Assembly (NCBI GenBank): GCA_030704615.1
Contig: CM060732.1
Location: forward strand, 9,858,001-9,922,000
Source: Takakia lepidozioides
Taxonomy: Eukaryota; Plantae; Bryophyta
DNA: 64,000 bases
Direction of reading: 5' to 3'
In this document: in pieces, positions 46,749 to 60,093 of the stretch
How the letters are laid out: every line of letters begins with the position of its first letter
How positions within the stretch are numbered: position 1 is the first letter of the stretch
Notes under the pieces: generated by a model
The model's input: only the letters and a program-made list of their open reading frames with translations
The model's database searches: none
What the model was told of the DNA's origin: nothing
Made by a program: the position numbers and the translations under genes

Positions 46749-47525
46749 TGGCAGTGGACATGACTGGAGGCAGCTAACAAGACATGGGAGGCCAAGCTCA
46801 TAGGAGTCAATACATGAGATCCCAAGCTCAAGTTCACAGGTTGCAAGACGGCGACTAACGATGGGGCAACTCTTGCACCCGGCCTCTTGATCTATCGAGT
46901 TTGAGTGTAGTAGGGATAGTGGTGGAGGACTTAGTGAGGCTATGGTCACTATCATATCTTGTGGCTACCTGGACTTAGAGGGACCTAAGCACCAGCTAGG
47001 GGGGCGATTGTGTGGACTAGTGACTGCCATAGTGGGCAGCGTAGTGGCAGCCTAGTGACTGACTAGTTGTAGCCTAGTGGTTGGACTAGTGGCTGGACTA
47101 GTGGTAGACTAGTGGTATACTAGTGTGTGGTGTGCACATGTGTTGTGTGGTTTTGGACAGCGATGTAGTTGTGTAGCGATATGTATGCGCACGATAGCTG
47201 TCAAGTTATTTTACCACTAGTGTGAAACTAGCTAGGAAATAGCTAGCTTTTACATATTGACATTTGGGATGGCCCAAGTGTCAATCCAGGGGTCAAGGCA
47301 GATTTAGGCCCTGGAGTGGTTATCTTCACGGCAAGCGCGGGAGGCTCATCTTTCTCGAGTTGAGCCTCACCGCGCCTAGCTATGGCGCCGTAGTGTGGAT
47401 TCCCCATGGCGTGGGGTGCACTTGGCTTGAATTGTATTTGAGTGATGAGGTTATATATGCATGAGTTTATGCTTCAGCTTTGTGAGCTTGCATGAGCTTG
47501 TGCTTGTATTCTTCTTCTTTATCAT

Positions 47526-47712
47526 TGTGTGGACTAGTGACTGCCATAGTGGGCAGCGTAGTGGCAGCCTAGTGATTGACTAGTTGTAGCCTAGTGGTTG
47601 GACTAGTGGCTGGACTAGTGGTAGACTAGTGGTATACTAGTGTGTGGTGTGCACATGTGTTGTGTGGTTTTGGACAGCGATGTAGTTGTGTAGCGATATG
47701 TATGCGCACGAC
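47526..47712 (+). repeat. Partial tandem second copy of the 47009 LTR
   Basis: Near-identical to 47009-47193 and starts one base after the first LTR's CA end. Confidence 0.85.
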
Positions 47713-50243
47713 AGAGGATTTACCAAGTGGCTTGCCACCGCGAAGAGGAGTTGACCACAAGATTGAGGTGATACCGGGATCGGAGCCGCCTGCCAAGGCG
47801 CCCTACCGATCGAACCATAGAGAGTTGGTCGAGCTGAAGGCTCAGCTCAAGGATCTAATATCAAAGGGGTACATCCGGCCAAGTAAGTCACCCTACGGAG
47901 CCCTGGTGATATTCACAGACAAGAAGGATGGGACGCTGCAGATGTGTGTCGATTATAGGGCTCTAAATAAGGTGACTATAAAAAATTGGTACCCTTTGCC
48001 AAGGATCGACGACCTCTTCGATCGATTTGCAGGAGCGAAGTATTTCAGCCGGATTGATTTGCGCTCCGGCTACCATCAAATCTGAGTGGCGGAAGGAGAT
48101 GAGGAGAAGACAGCGTGCAGAACAAGATATGGTTCATATGAGTTCTTAGTGATGCCTTTTGGGCTCACCAATGCACCCGCGACCTTTAGCACGCTAATGA
48201 ATAGCCTTTTCTAGGAGTGGTTGGATGACTTTGTGATCATGTACATCGACGACATCTTGGTGTACGAAAACAAAGGGAGAACACTTGGAGCACCTCAAAA
48301 AGGTGTTCCAAAAATTGCGGGAAGGGAAGCTGTATGCCAAAGCTTCAAAGTGCGAATTCGGGGTCACAAAAGTGGAGTTCCTAGGGCATGTGATTACACA
48401 GGATGGGATCAAAATGGATGACAGAAAGGTGAGGACGATCTTGGACTGGGAGCCTCTGACTTCGGTCCCGGGAGTGCGATCCTTCCTAGGACTCGCCTCC
48501 TATTACCGAAAGTATGTGAGAAATTTCACCAAGATCACGGGGCCACTATCGGACCTTCTGTGTAAGTCCAAGGTATAGGTATGGAATACCTTTTGTGGCC
48601 AAGCTTTTGCCGAGTTGAAGCAGCGGATGGCCGAAGCTCCAGTCCTGAAAATCCCGGAGTTCGACCGTTCATTTGAGATTCATACAGATGCGTCGGACTT
48701 CGCAATTGGGGGTGTATTCATGCAGGACGGATGTCCAGTGGCTTACGAAAGTAAGAAACTGAATGAAGTGGAGCAACGGTGGCCTATGCACGAAAAAGAA
48801 ATGAAGGCGGTGGTGCATTGCCTTGAGCTTTGGCGCCACTATGTTGGTTCCAATCTGGTGAAGCTGTTCAAGGACAATGTCACGGTGAAGTATTTTGCCA
48901 CGCAGCCTAAGTTGTCCCCAAAACAACTTAGGTGGCAAAACACTTTGGCAGTGTTCGATGTGGATATCCAGTACAAACCGGGACGGGACAATGTGGTGGC
49001 TGATGCTAACGGCAGGCGAATCGGAAACGGAGGAAAGTTAAGTTTGAGGCAGGCACGAAGGTCTGGTTGAACATCAAGAATTAATTTTGACTACCTCCGG
49101 AAGTGAGTCCGAAATTTGTACCTCCGTATGCGGGGCCCTTTCGCATCCGGAAGGTTATGAATGAGGATGTGTATGAATTGGAGCTGCCGGCAAACAGCAA
49201 GGTGCATCCGGTATTCCATGTCTCACTTTTGAAGCCTTACTTCAAAGATGAAGCGCGTCCGAATCGGCATCAAGTGTTGCGTCCGCCACCTGTGCTGTTG
49301 GATCATGAAAATGAACTTGAATACGAGGTGGAGGCAGTGCTTAAGTCGAGGAGGTTCAAGAATTGAGAAACGGAGTATCTCGTGGAAGGGCTATCATCAA
49401 GTAGAGGCAACTTGGGTGTGTGCCTCAGAAATGGGAAACGAATCGGAGGCGGTTGCAGCTTTCGAAGGGCGACCTCAAAAGTAGAAGAAGCGTTGATGGG
49501 GACATCAACACTGGAGCATGGGGGAGGAAATGCATGCTTAGTCCGGCTTAGCTAGCTCAGGAATCCAATTGCAAAAACTTGTGTTGTACAAATTTTGTTA
49601 TAAATGAAATGGTTTCCAATGTTGTACTTCCTATTTTGTTTGGAATGGTGATGCATGGTATGGTTGGCTAGTGTGTAGATTGCATACTAGCTTACAAAAG
49701 TGGGAGAGGTAAATTGGATTAATTGTGTGTTTACGCAGTGCCGAAATCGGGTGACTCCCATCCAAGGGGCAAGAAAACTTGCGCCTTCTTTAGGAGTTCA
49801 CATGCTAGTGCGCACCTGGCGTATGCACGTACTATAACTGCGTTACCAAGGGGGTTGCCTTGTAGTGCGGGCTAACACGGAAGTAACGTGCTTCCGTTCA
49901 CGTACTATAATCATGTAACCTTGGGACGAAGTCGTAGTGCGGCTTCGGCATGTTCCCGTACCTCAGGCCAGCATTTCAAGGCGGACCCAATTGTAGTGAT
50001 TGGGGCGCACGGTTGGTTCAAGGTTATCTTCCTAGTCAAAAAGGGTTCAAGGTGAACCCTTTCTCAAGCTGATGCCAAAAGCGGCATCATGAGCGGTCGC
50101 AAGCAATGTTGTTGCAGTAAGGCGATTCGATCCTCGGGGAGGATCATTCCTTCGCCTTGAAGTGGGCCAAGAAGAGTGCACTGGGAGGAGCTTGAGAGCC
50201 TCCACCCTTGGCCGCGACTTGGAGGAAGTCGGCCGAACTAGCT
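47713..50243 (+). mobile_element. Chromovirus-type Ty3/Gypsy (RT, RH, integrase core deleted, chromodomain, 3' LTR from 49531)
   Basis: [47 protein letters not shown] and NVVADA joined directly to the GPF/chromodomain tail. PPT GGGGAGGAAA. Confidence 0.85.
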
Positions 50244-51219
50244 AGTAGAGAGTAGAGTGGAGGTTTGGTTTTTTGCCATGGGACGCCATGGTACGGAAAC
50301 AAACTCCTTGAGGTGGGACGCCACAACTTGGATGTTAGTTTCTACAAAATGGACAAGTCGATGAGGACATTGACTCCCTGTTGGTAGGGGTGTGTGTCGC
50401 GGCCCTTTGCCTTGAGGGCAGGGGTTGGCACACAAGAGGGGTTGCCCCTGTGGTGGGGGCAGTGAAAACAATAGGAACGGGGGCTGTAGCACCCTTGAGT
50501 GCCCAAGGCACGGTAGCTTAGTGGGTCTTAGTGGGGGTGGCATAGGACTAACCATGGGGCGGAGACCTTGTGGTGGGAGTCGTGGGGAGTCTTGGGACTT
50601 GTCGCGCGGCTTTTACTCATCCATCCCTTCGCTATCTGAGGCGGAAACTCCAAGATAGAAGAGTTGGAAATCTCTAAGTACTCAGCCCGCGCAGAACAAT
50701 CAGTCATGACCTACAGCTAGTGTATCATGGGGGTGTTTCCTATTTGTTTCCCTTTTCGCATTCATCTTAGCTACCTTACCATTGATAATTAAGTATTAGT
50801 TTGCTTCATCAATCTATCGGTTTTCTTCACTCATCCATTCAATCCGCAGCTTCACTCAGATCTCTCTACACAGTGTGATTGTATCGTGTAAGTATCAGAT
50901 TATGATTTATCAGGTATCAGGCCGAAGCCATTATGTCTCTAATCTGCTCTACAATATCACTACAGCTTTGCATATAACAAGCATCTACTAATCCTCTTTT
51001 CTCCTTCACCGTGCTCTCCATCTCTTGCCTCCGATCTCCGCTCCAGCCTGACTCAGAAGTCCTCCCCGAATAATGATGATCATCCTTCATTCCCCGTTTC
51101 TCCCTTTATCCTCCTATCCGCGGTTCTAACCGTTTCCCTCTCTAACCGTCGTCTGTGAACTAACATGTTCCCTTCACAGGTGTTGTTCCCCACAGTCGTT
51201 CCCTATTATCGTGACAGCT

Positions 51220-51520
51220 GTGTCAAGCGGTGACTGGCTGTGTTTGGCTGTGTCGGGCTGTGACTGGCTGTGTGGCTGTGCCGGGCTGTGACTGGCTGTG
51301 TGGGCTGTGTCTGCTGTGACGACTGTGACGGCTGTGTGGGCTGTGTCGCTGTGACGACTGTGTGGGCTGTGTGGGCTGTGTCGGCTGTGACGGGCTGTGT
51401 TGGCTGTGTCGGCTGTGTCGGCTGTGACGGGCTGTGTTGGCTGTGTGGGCTGTGACGACTGTGACGGGCTGTGTTGGCTGTGTGGGCTGTGACGACTGTG
51501 ACGGGCTGTGTTGACTGTGT
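51220..51520. repeat. GGCTGT(G/C) minisatellite in LTRs; also at 36310-36590, 55920-56220 and 62250-62545
   Basis: Tandem ~10-bp units seen directly. Confidence 0.9.
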
Positions 51521-51680
51521 AACCCCCCTCTACAGTGCGCTGCTGTCACCCCTAAGGCTCCTGTTGGTCTCAGTCTGTGCAAAAATTAAGGGTACCCTAC
51601 AGATCCCGTATAAGTGTCTAAGTCCCCTACAGTCCTCTAACATTACCCCTTCCCCCCTCAAAAAACCGTGTCCTCACGGT

Positions 51681-54600
51681 TTACTGTTTCCGAGTAGCAA
51701 ACCTTTGTGAGTGAGCACCTTGTTGACGTTGAGAGTTTCGTGGTGGACTGTGTGTACGAGCCCGAGGTCTGTCTCTGGTTGATGGAGATGGTTGATCACT
51801 ACCTGGATAAGTGAGGCCTTCTGGAGGCTGATATTGAGGTAATATTTCCGGCATAGGAGATCCCCTTTGTTTCTTCTCTTCCATCTGAATTGCATAGTCT
51901 TCTCCCATGTCAAAAGAATTCTGTGAAGAAACAGTTGTATCAGAATCCTCATCGCCTCTCAGGTGTTTTAATTTTCGAACTTTTTGTGGAATCATCTGGG
52001 GCATACAATGCTGTCCTACCATGTCTGGAAGTTTGTATTTTACAAGTTGGTGTAACCGCTGAACAACAAAATTGGTGTAGGCACTGAGCTCCTTGTCTGT
52101 CCAGATGAGTGGGGTACCAATTACTGGTGCAGCGTGCAAGTACTTCCATGCCACATGTCCCTTATAGAAAATGTCATCAAGTCCGAATTTCTGTGTTGAC
52201 AAATGGTTGCAGGCTGCTTGAAACCATGAACGAATTTGAGAATCCTTCTGCATCATAACTTTTGGGTCATATAGGTACATATGAGGTGGCACGGAAGGTA
52301 ATACCCAATGATCTCCACTGGAGTAACTTTGAAAGCGTGTTTGCATCTTTTGTTGCTCAAAGTGGTAACGTACCAGAAAACAAGCAGCGTAGTATAGCCC
52401 GCACCCCATGACAATACTTGCTATCTCCTTGGTCTTGGTATAAATGAGTCCATGTACAACCTGGAAAGCAACCAATTCCCTCAACATGGTACCTGCCTCG
52501 TGCCAGTATTGTGCAAAGTGATGATCTTCAATATGTCGATTGTTTGGAAGAACTTTAGTCCTAGTTGCCACTGGCAGCCAAATACGCATGATTTGGTAGT
52601 AATGTGCGAATGACTGCGGAGGACTAAATTCTTTCCAAGCCAAATCCAACATGATGGGAATTTGGTTGAAGGGCATAAGCATAGCCCTGCTGTACTCCCT
52701 GCAGCTGGAGTTTTAGGTGGGTTAAAAGCGGCATTGCCCCATACCTCCGGCTGTGTGTGGTTTGTAGTAACCACAGGTTCAGCTACTGGTACACTGACCT
52801 GTTGTGGTGGTGGTGGTACTGGCTCCTGTATCATTGGCATCTCCTGCACCTCCTGTGAAGACTGAAAAGCCAAAGTTCTGGCTTGTAAATAAGAAGCCAT
52901 TAGCTGTTCCTGAGGGATATAGACTCTTTGGTCGATGTTTGAAGTGAGGTCTTCCACTTGAGTCTGGAGTCCGTCTACATCCTCTTGTAACTCTGCTATC
53001 CTACTATAGACATTGTCTATAGTAGTTGTGGCAATGTTCTGCACCTGCAGTCTGAGCTCATTCATCTCGCTTTGGGTGAGCTTCCGTGGGCTTTTGCCCT
53101 CTACTGGCCCTTGTGCTAACCAGACCTGCATAAGGCTGTTATCCACCAAGCTGCTTGTGGTTCCCCTGAGAGTTTGCTCCTCTCTTAGCTTGTACAATTC
53201 CAACTGCTGTTGTAAAGCCTCCATGCGCTTCGCCTGTGGCTCAACCAATTGGCGCATAGGCAGCAAGTAGATTATTGGCTTCCTTCGAAGCCTTGTTACT
53301 GACCGCGATTTCATTTCTATTGGCCACGATGGTTTGTTGCAACTCCACGATGTGTTTCTCTTGATCAGCTTCCCTCTGCCTGTATTGCTTGAAAGTATCT
53401 TCATGGCGACAGATTGTATTCTTCATATCGACAATGAGCTTCATTTGCTCAACATTCTCTTCTTCTGCCTTTCGTACATTTTTCCGCTTGACTGTTTATT
53501 TCTTTTGTTGATTGGTCAAGCATAGTTGTAAATGTAGCACATTGTATCGCCATCCTGTTATGCACTGTCTGCAACTCCGTATGTAGTGCATTCAGTTCTT
53601 GCAACTTGCTTTCATGCTGCACCTGCATTTGTATAGCTGTTGCTTATGTGCTTCGTGCAACTGGTCTTGCGCGAGGCCTGCCTCAATCAATTGTTGCTTG
53701 GCCAACTGCAAAGCCATTTCTGTATTGCCCAAGTCCTGCTTCATCTTGAGAGTGACCTCTTCATCGACCTTGTTTGCACACTCAGTGGCAAGTCGAGCCT
53801 CAAACTCCTTCCTGAGTTCCTCTTTCAAGGCTGTCAATTGGGTAATTGGAACATGGGATTTGACATAAGTCCCCAACAAATTAAGTGTCCTGCCTATGGA
53901 ACTCATCAGCATTGCCTGTTGAGGGTCATCATGGTGAGGTTGCTGCTGTTCCTCCTGATCTTCAACAGTATGATGTCTCACTAACCATTCAGGCCATTGT
54001 CCCACCGGATTTTCTTCCTGAACTACTTCATCTATGACTGGTGCTACAGTGTCATGACCTTCCGCCTGTGGTACCTCCGACACAGGTGTGTGTATTATAT
54101 GCACCTCAGGATTTCCCTTGGGCAACTGTTGCACCTCTGGATTTCTGTCTCCTTGACCAGACCAGAATATTCATAGAGAAGGTCCCCTTTCTCTATTTCT
54201 GCCACTATTTGTTCTGTAGTTGGAATATCTATCCCTTCACTTTCCAAATCAATTATTTCGGGTTGAGCTGCATGGATAACTTGTTGACCTTGTGACAAGT
54301 CGTTCAAGTGGCTGTGTTGGCTGTGATGCAGAAGTAACTTTCCTGCTCCCTCTCTGAAGGTCCTGCTTCCAGTAATAGCATTTGTCTGTGCTGCTGTGCC
54401 CCTTCCTGGCCATGAGCTTGGGAAACATTATCATGCGGAATCCGTGAAGCCAGTGGATCCGCCACTACAGTCTTTCCCCTTCTCTGCCTCTTAGTCTCGG
54501 GTTGTGCTGCTAGTCCACCCTCACTGTGTGAAGAGCCTTGCTCTTCCATTGCAGTTGTTTCTGGCTCAAACACTCCCATTTCCTTCCTTTCTTGTGCATT

Positions 54601-55400
54601 AAGTATGCCAGAATTAAGGATTATTTGAGCAATGATTGGGCCAGACACTATGATAGGAGACTTTGCGGTAGTACCTTGTAATCTTTTCATCTCCTCTACT
54701 AGTGCGTTGTACATTATGTCCGCCCATTGTACCTCTTGTCCCTTCAGGCCTTTGAGTATTTCCTCTGTGAAGGATCTGCTCAAATATTGTTGGTTCTGTT
54801 TCAGGGCAATCAGAACGTTCAATACCTGGCCTATCTCTTTTAACCCTGGGTACACAGCTTTGGTACAAGCATAACCCTGAGTTTTAAAGAAACTCCCTTC
54901 TTGGAATAAGTCCCCTATTTGCAGTCTTGCCCTGTGTTCCCCCACATGCACCTGACCTGCTGGCAATCGAAACAATTGCTGGAGGTATAGGGGAGTAATC
55001 ATTAATTCAACTCTCCCTTCACCGTTGTTGTTCCTGTCCTTGGCTCAAAGTTCTGCAAAAATTGTAACATGTACTGTCTATGGTGTAGTGTCCAATCTAG
55101 GCTTTGCAATCCTTCCAATCTCAGCTCCTCCAGTATCTTTATCGCCTGTGGGGTAGCCATCGTTTGTTTCTCTGCAGAATTGTGGTGCTCTTCACCCTGA
55201 TTTCCTCCATTCCTCTCACTCTCTTCATCTTAGACTCACAGAACTGCTTTGGCTGTAACAACTGCAGGAATGCCTGTAGTGCACAAAGCATAAACGTATG
55301 GTTGCCGCAGAAAGCTATGGGTAATCTCTTGTAAGCCTGCGGGGCTTGCAAGCATTGCTCAAGAGAAAAGCTCTGCTCTGTTTTCGTGTCTATGCCACTG
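51681..55400 (-). other. Extra ORF(s) between pol and the 3' LTR (env-like/accessory, coiled-coil rich)
   Basis: Sense-strand ORF pieces 54304-55002, 53592-54134, 52481-53404 and 51681-52682, probably one or two frameshifted long ORFs. Confidence 0.6.
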
Positions 55401-56349
55401 CGTAAGTAATATTGCGAGCGTATAGTCTGTTAGTTCCTCCATAGTTTCCAAGTTATAGCATTTATGGCCTGTCCTGTCGAGACGCCCGTTACTCAGAACG
55501 ACGCCGCCTCTTGCGCTCAATTTCCCTCCATTTTCTTGATCATTTCTCTGGTTTTCTATTGGCTGTATCTGCTGTGACTGGATTTTAACTTTTATCTTCT
55601 TTAGTGGACTTTCCCTGTTGGATAGTCCACTAGGATCACACATGCGACATGAATTCGGCTTTTCTGTACTTGCCGTTCGTTCCGTTTCCCTTTTCCCGTA
55701 TTCATTAATGGGCCCGCCTTCATCCATTTGACGGCCGTTCTTGTCTTCTTTCTTTTTGACACCTGTCCTTGCACTTCATTCTCTGCTGTGTGTCGCGCCC
55801 TGACCTCCACGTGTCTATTTTTAAAGTAATTTCCGTTTCCTCTTCCTCTTCCGTCATCCATTTCCCTGAAGTTATTATGTGTCCACTTGTCACTGATTCT
55901 ATGGATGGTGTAACTTTAGTAGGCTGTGTTGAGCTGTGACAGGCTGTGTCATACTGTGTTACCCTGTGATAGGCTGTGATGCACTGTGGTAAGCTGTGAT
56001 AGGCTGTGACACGCTGTGGTAGTTGTTATAGGCTGTGTTGCGCCGTGCTGGGCTGTGATAGGCTGTGTTGCGCCTTGCTGGGCTGTGGTTGGCTGTGTCA
56101 CGTCGTGATGGGCTGTGGTTGGCTGTGTCACTCGTGATGGGCTGTGGTTGGCTGTGTTTGGCTCGTGATGGCTGTGATAGGCTGTGTTGCGCCTTTGCGG
56201 GCTGTGATAGGCTGTGTCACGTTTGTTTTGCCCACCCTGGTCGTATATGCTGGGCCTAGCACAAGTGTTCCATACTCCGTTCGTAACACTGGTGCAGCCC
56301 GTGACTGTTCTTGCGGTTTCTATATGCAAATCATGCTGCAGGGGTTTGT

Positions 56350-59200
56350 CATGGATACCACTGTAACCCTTCAACTTATTTGCATTGACTCTTCCCAGCA
56401 TTTCTTTGTTAATGGTTTGTAACATGGCGGTGTTGTTATCATACATCTTTTGTATGACATAAGGTCCTTTCCACGGTGATTTAAGCTTAGAAGCTTGAAT
56501 CTTTCCTTTCTTCTGCAACCATAGAACCAAATCCCCCGTCTTAAAAGTCTTTAACTTGCCTTCATCAAACTGTTCCTTTCGCTTCATCTGAATTCTGGTC
56601 ATATTATCAGCTGCATCAGCACGTACTTCTTCCACATGGTATAATTCATGTTTCCTGACCTTGATGGAGTCTTGCAATTCCATTCTTTTCCCCCTCCGTT
56701 CTCATGGTAGGTAACAGGAATTCCACTGGAAGTAAGGCTTCCATACCATAAACTAATTGGAATGGTGTATACTTAGTGGTGACTTTATATGAAGTCCTGT
56801 ATGACCACAAAGCTGTCAGCAGCTTTGTATCCCAATCCGTTCTGTTTGCATTGACTATCTTAGCCAAGATAGTACATAGTATTTTGTTGGTAGCCTCTGC
56901 CTGCCCATTACCCTGTGGGTAATATGTTGTACTCTTTCTATGCACAATCATAAACTCTTTAGTCAACATCTCAATGGTCTCATTCATGAAGTGACTTCCT
57001 TGATCACTGATAAATTCTAAGGGACAGCCAAATCGTGTAAGTATGTTTCTCGTACAGGAACCTTGCTGTGGACTTGGCTGTGTTGTCCCTCAAAGCTTTA
57101 GCTTCCACCCACTTTGTAGTATAATCAGTGGCTGTAATTATGTACCTGTTTCGTGTATTCTTGGATGGTGGATTAATTGGTCCAACAAAGTCTAGTCCCC
57201 ATTTCTGAAATGGTTCCGTAGGCATTGTAGGATGCAAGGCCATCCTTCCAGATCTCTGCAAAGGTCCTAGCCTCTGACATTCATCACACTTCTGACAATA
57301 CTCATGTACATCTTTGAACAAAGTAGGCCACCAGTATCCTGCGAGTAGTATCTTTCTACTGGTAGTCTCTTCTCCCAAATGACCTCCAGCCACTCCTTTA
57401 TGAACTTCCTCCAAGACTTTATTTACTTCATGGTGGTACAAGCATCGTTTTAGTACTCCATCAGGTCCTAACTTATACATTCTGCTTCCTACCATAGTAT
57501 AAGGTAAAGCTTTGATAGCAATTCTCTTCCTCTGCTCCTTACCATAACTAGGTGGGCACTGACCATGAGCAAGGTAGTATCTGATTGGCCACTGCCAATC
57601 TAACCATTCATCTGCACTTCCTTGCACCTCCATTACAAATAAACTCGCATCAGGTAACTGATCGTCCACTCCTGTGGCGGCCTCTCCTGTTGTTAGTCGT
57701 GACAAATGATCTGCCACAAGATGCAAACGGCCAGGCTTGTAAATAACCTCGAACTCAAACTCATGCAAGATTATTAACCACCTCGCTATCCTTCCACTTA
57801 TCAAAGGTTTGTTCACCAGATATATCAGAGCCTGGTGATCCACATAAACATAAACTTTTCTCCCAATAGGTAATGCCTGAATTTCTTGACTGCATAATCA
57901 TTGCCAATGCTTCTCTTTCCGTTGTGCTATAGTTCCTCTCAGCACTGTTCATCAACCGCTAGCATAGTACACAGGTGAATCTATATTCCCTGTAACATTC
58001 TGGGCTAACACCGCACCCAACGCTTCTCCTGATGCATCGCAGTGAACATGAAATACTACATGCCAGTGGGGTTAATCAGCACAGGTGTAGTTGTTACTGA
58101 CAGTGTAAGTTCCTCAAACGCCTGTTGACATTCAGCTGTCCAGGCAAACACTGCATCTTTCTTCAGAAGCTTGCTCAATGGTGCTGCTATTTGTGCATAC
58201 CTTTTGACAAATCTTCTGTAATAACTGGTTTGCCCAAGGAATCTCCTTAAACTCTTAACATTCACTGGTGGTGGAGAGACTTTAATGGACTCTGTCTTCC
58301 TTGGATCCACAAGAAGTCCTTCTTACACACAATGTGTCCCAGAAGCACCCCTGAGTTCACACAGAAAGTACACTTCTCTGGATTCAAGCCCAGACCTCTC
58401 ATCCTGCATCTGGCCAGGCATAACTCCAATTTATGCAAGTGCTCATTCTTAGAGCTGTACACACTGAAATCATCCAAAAATACCTGCATGAAATCATCCA
58501 GATACTCATGAAAAGATTCACTTATCACTCTCTCTGAAAGGTCGCTGGTGCATTACAAAGTCCAAAGGGCATGACTTTGTATGCATAAGCCCCCCAGTCT
58601 GTGATGAAAGCTGTTTTCCCTTGGTCTTCTTCTGCCACTTGCACTTGATTATAACCACTGAAGCCATCCATGAATGAGTACATCTCATGGCCTGCCACAG
58701 TGTCTAATACTGCTTCTGTGAATGGCAAAGGGAAGGATCTTTCTTCGTACAAGCATTCAGCTTCTTATAGTTCACACATACTCTTAGTTTGCCATTCTTC
58801 TTGGGAACTATAACAATGGGTGACAACCAAGTTGTATACTCTATTGGGTATATAAACTTAGCCTCAGCCAACTTCTTTATCTCTTCTCCACCTTCTGTGC
58901 GTAGTTGGGATTCATTCTATACCTCGCCTGCTTGATTGGTACTGACCCTGGTTCCAGTTCAATCTTATGCTGACAGACTTCAGGTGGTATCCTTTTAGAT
59001 CCTCATAGCTCCAAGCAAATACATCTCTGTATTTGATGAACAAGCTTTTAGCTTCTTCGAAGAATTCCGGCTCCAAATCAGCTCCTACTTTCACCATCCT
59101 CGGTTCCTCCTGAGTTCCCACATTTACTTCTCTCACCTGCTCATCAGCTGTGATTGTCCAACCAGTCACCTTCATCCTGTAAGCTCACAGTGGCTGGTTC
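56350..59200 (-). pseudogene. pol (RT, RNase H, integrase) of the Tat/Athila-like element, frameshifted
   Basis: [64 protein letters not shown] and WKGPY. Confidence 0.9.
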
Positions 59201-59593
59201 TTCTAGGATTTCTATTTCTCCTTCTCTCTCTTTCTTCATAAAATGTGGTGGGTAAATGCTGGTTTCCTCTCTTCAGTTGGTGTTGCTGACACTACCCACA
59301 GCAGATACCTCTCAAACAACTTAGGCTTTCAGCCGCATCTTCTCCGCAACCTGCTCCCACTCGGTGTGCAGCCATAGGGTAAAAAGCCTTTTTTTTTTCT
59401 GCTCCTCATCCAGTCCTCCTCTCCAGTCATACTCTCTGACTCCTCGAGGTCTTCTGTAGCAGGTAATCTACTAGATTTCTTTGTGGTAATTTGTATCTCG
59501 TGCATCCATTATGCACAGTTAGTAATGAGAATTTCCAGTCATGGAATACCCTGGCCTGTTTTCAGCCCGGACGTCCCATAATAAGGGTAAGCC

Positions 59594-60093
59594 NNNNNNN
59601 NNNNNNNNNNNNNNNNNNNNNNNNNNNNNNNNNNNNNNNNNNNNNNNNNNNNNNNNNNNNNNNNNNNNNNNNNNNNNNNNNNNNNNNNNNNNNNNNNNNN
59701 NNNNNNNNNNNNNNNNNNNNNNNNNNNNNNNNNNNNNNNNNNNNNNNNNNNNNNNNNNNNNNNNNNNNNNNNNNNNNNNNNNNNNNNNNNNNNNNNNNNN
59801 NNNNNNNNNNNNNNNNNNNNNNNNNNNNNNNNNNNNNNNNNNNNNNNNNNNNNNNNNNNNNNNNNNNNNNNNNNNNNNNNNNNNNNNNNNNNNNNNNNNN
59901 NNNNNNNNNNNNNNNNNNNNNNNNNNNNNNNNNNNNNNNNNNNNNNNNNNNNNNNNNNNNNNNNNNNNNNNNNNNNNNNNNNNNNNNNNNNNNNNNNNNN
60001 NNNNNNNNNNNNNNNNNNNNNNNNNNNNNNNNNNNNNNNNNNNNNNNNNNNNNNNNNNNNNNNNNNNNNNNNNNNNNNNNNNNNNNNNNNNNN
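59594..60093. other. Assembly gap (500 N)
   Basis: Run of N. Confidence 1.

Larger units (their letters stand above)
42828..47524 (+). mobile_element. 5'-truncated Ty3/Gypsy element with DNMT-RT-RH-INT-PHD polyprotein; 3' LTR 47009-47524
   Basis: One reading frame across 42828-46748 broken only by four TAG stops. PPT AGGGGGGCGA, then an LTR with TG...CA ends. Confidence 0.88.

Noticed and set aside
51223-51582. HSRHS/QPTQ-rich ORFs (also 36204-36491 and 62354-62605)
   Set aside because: Translations of the GGCTGT minisatellite.
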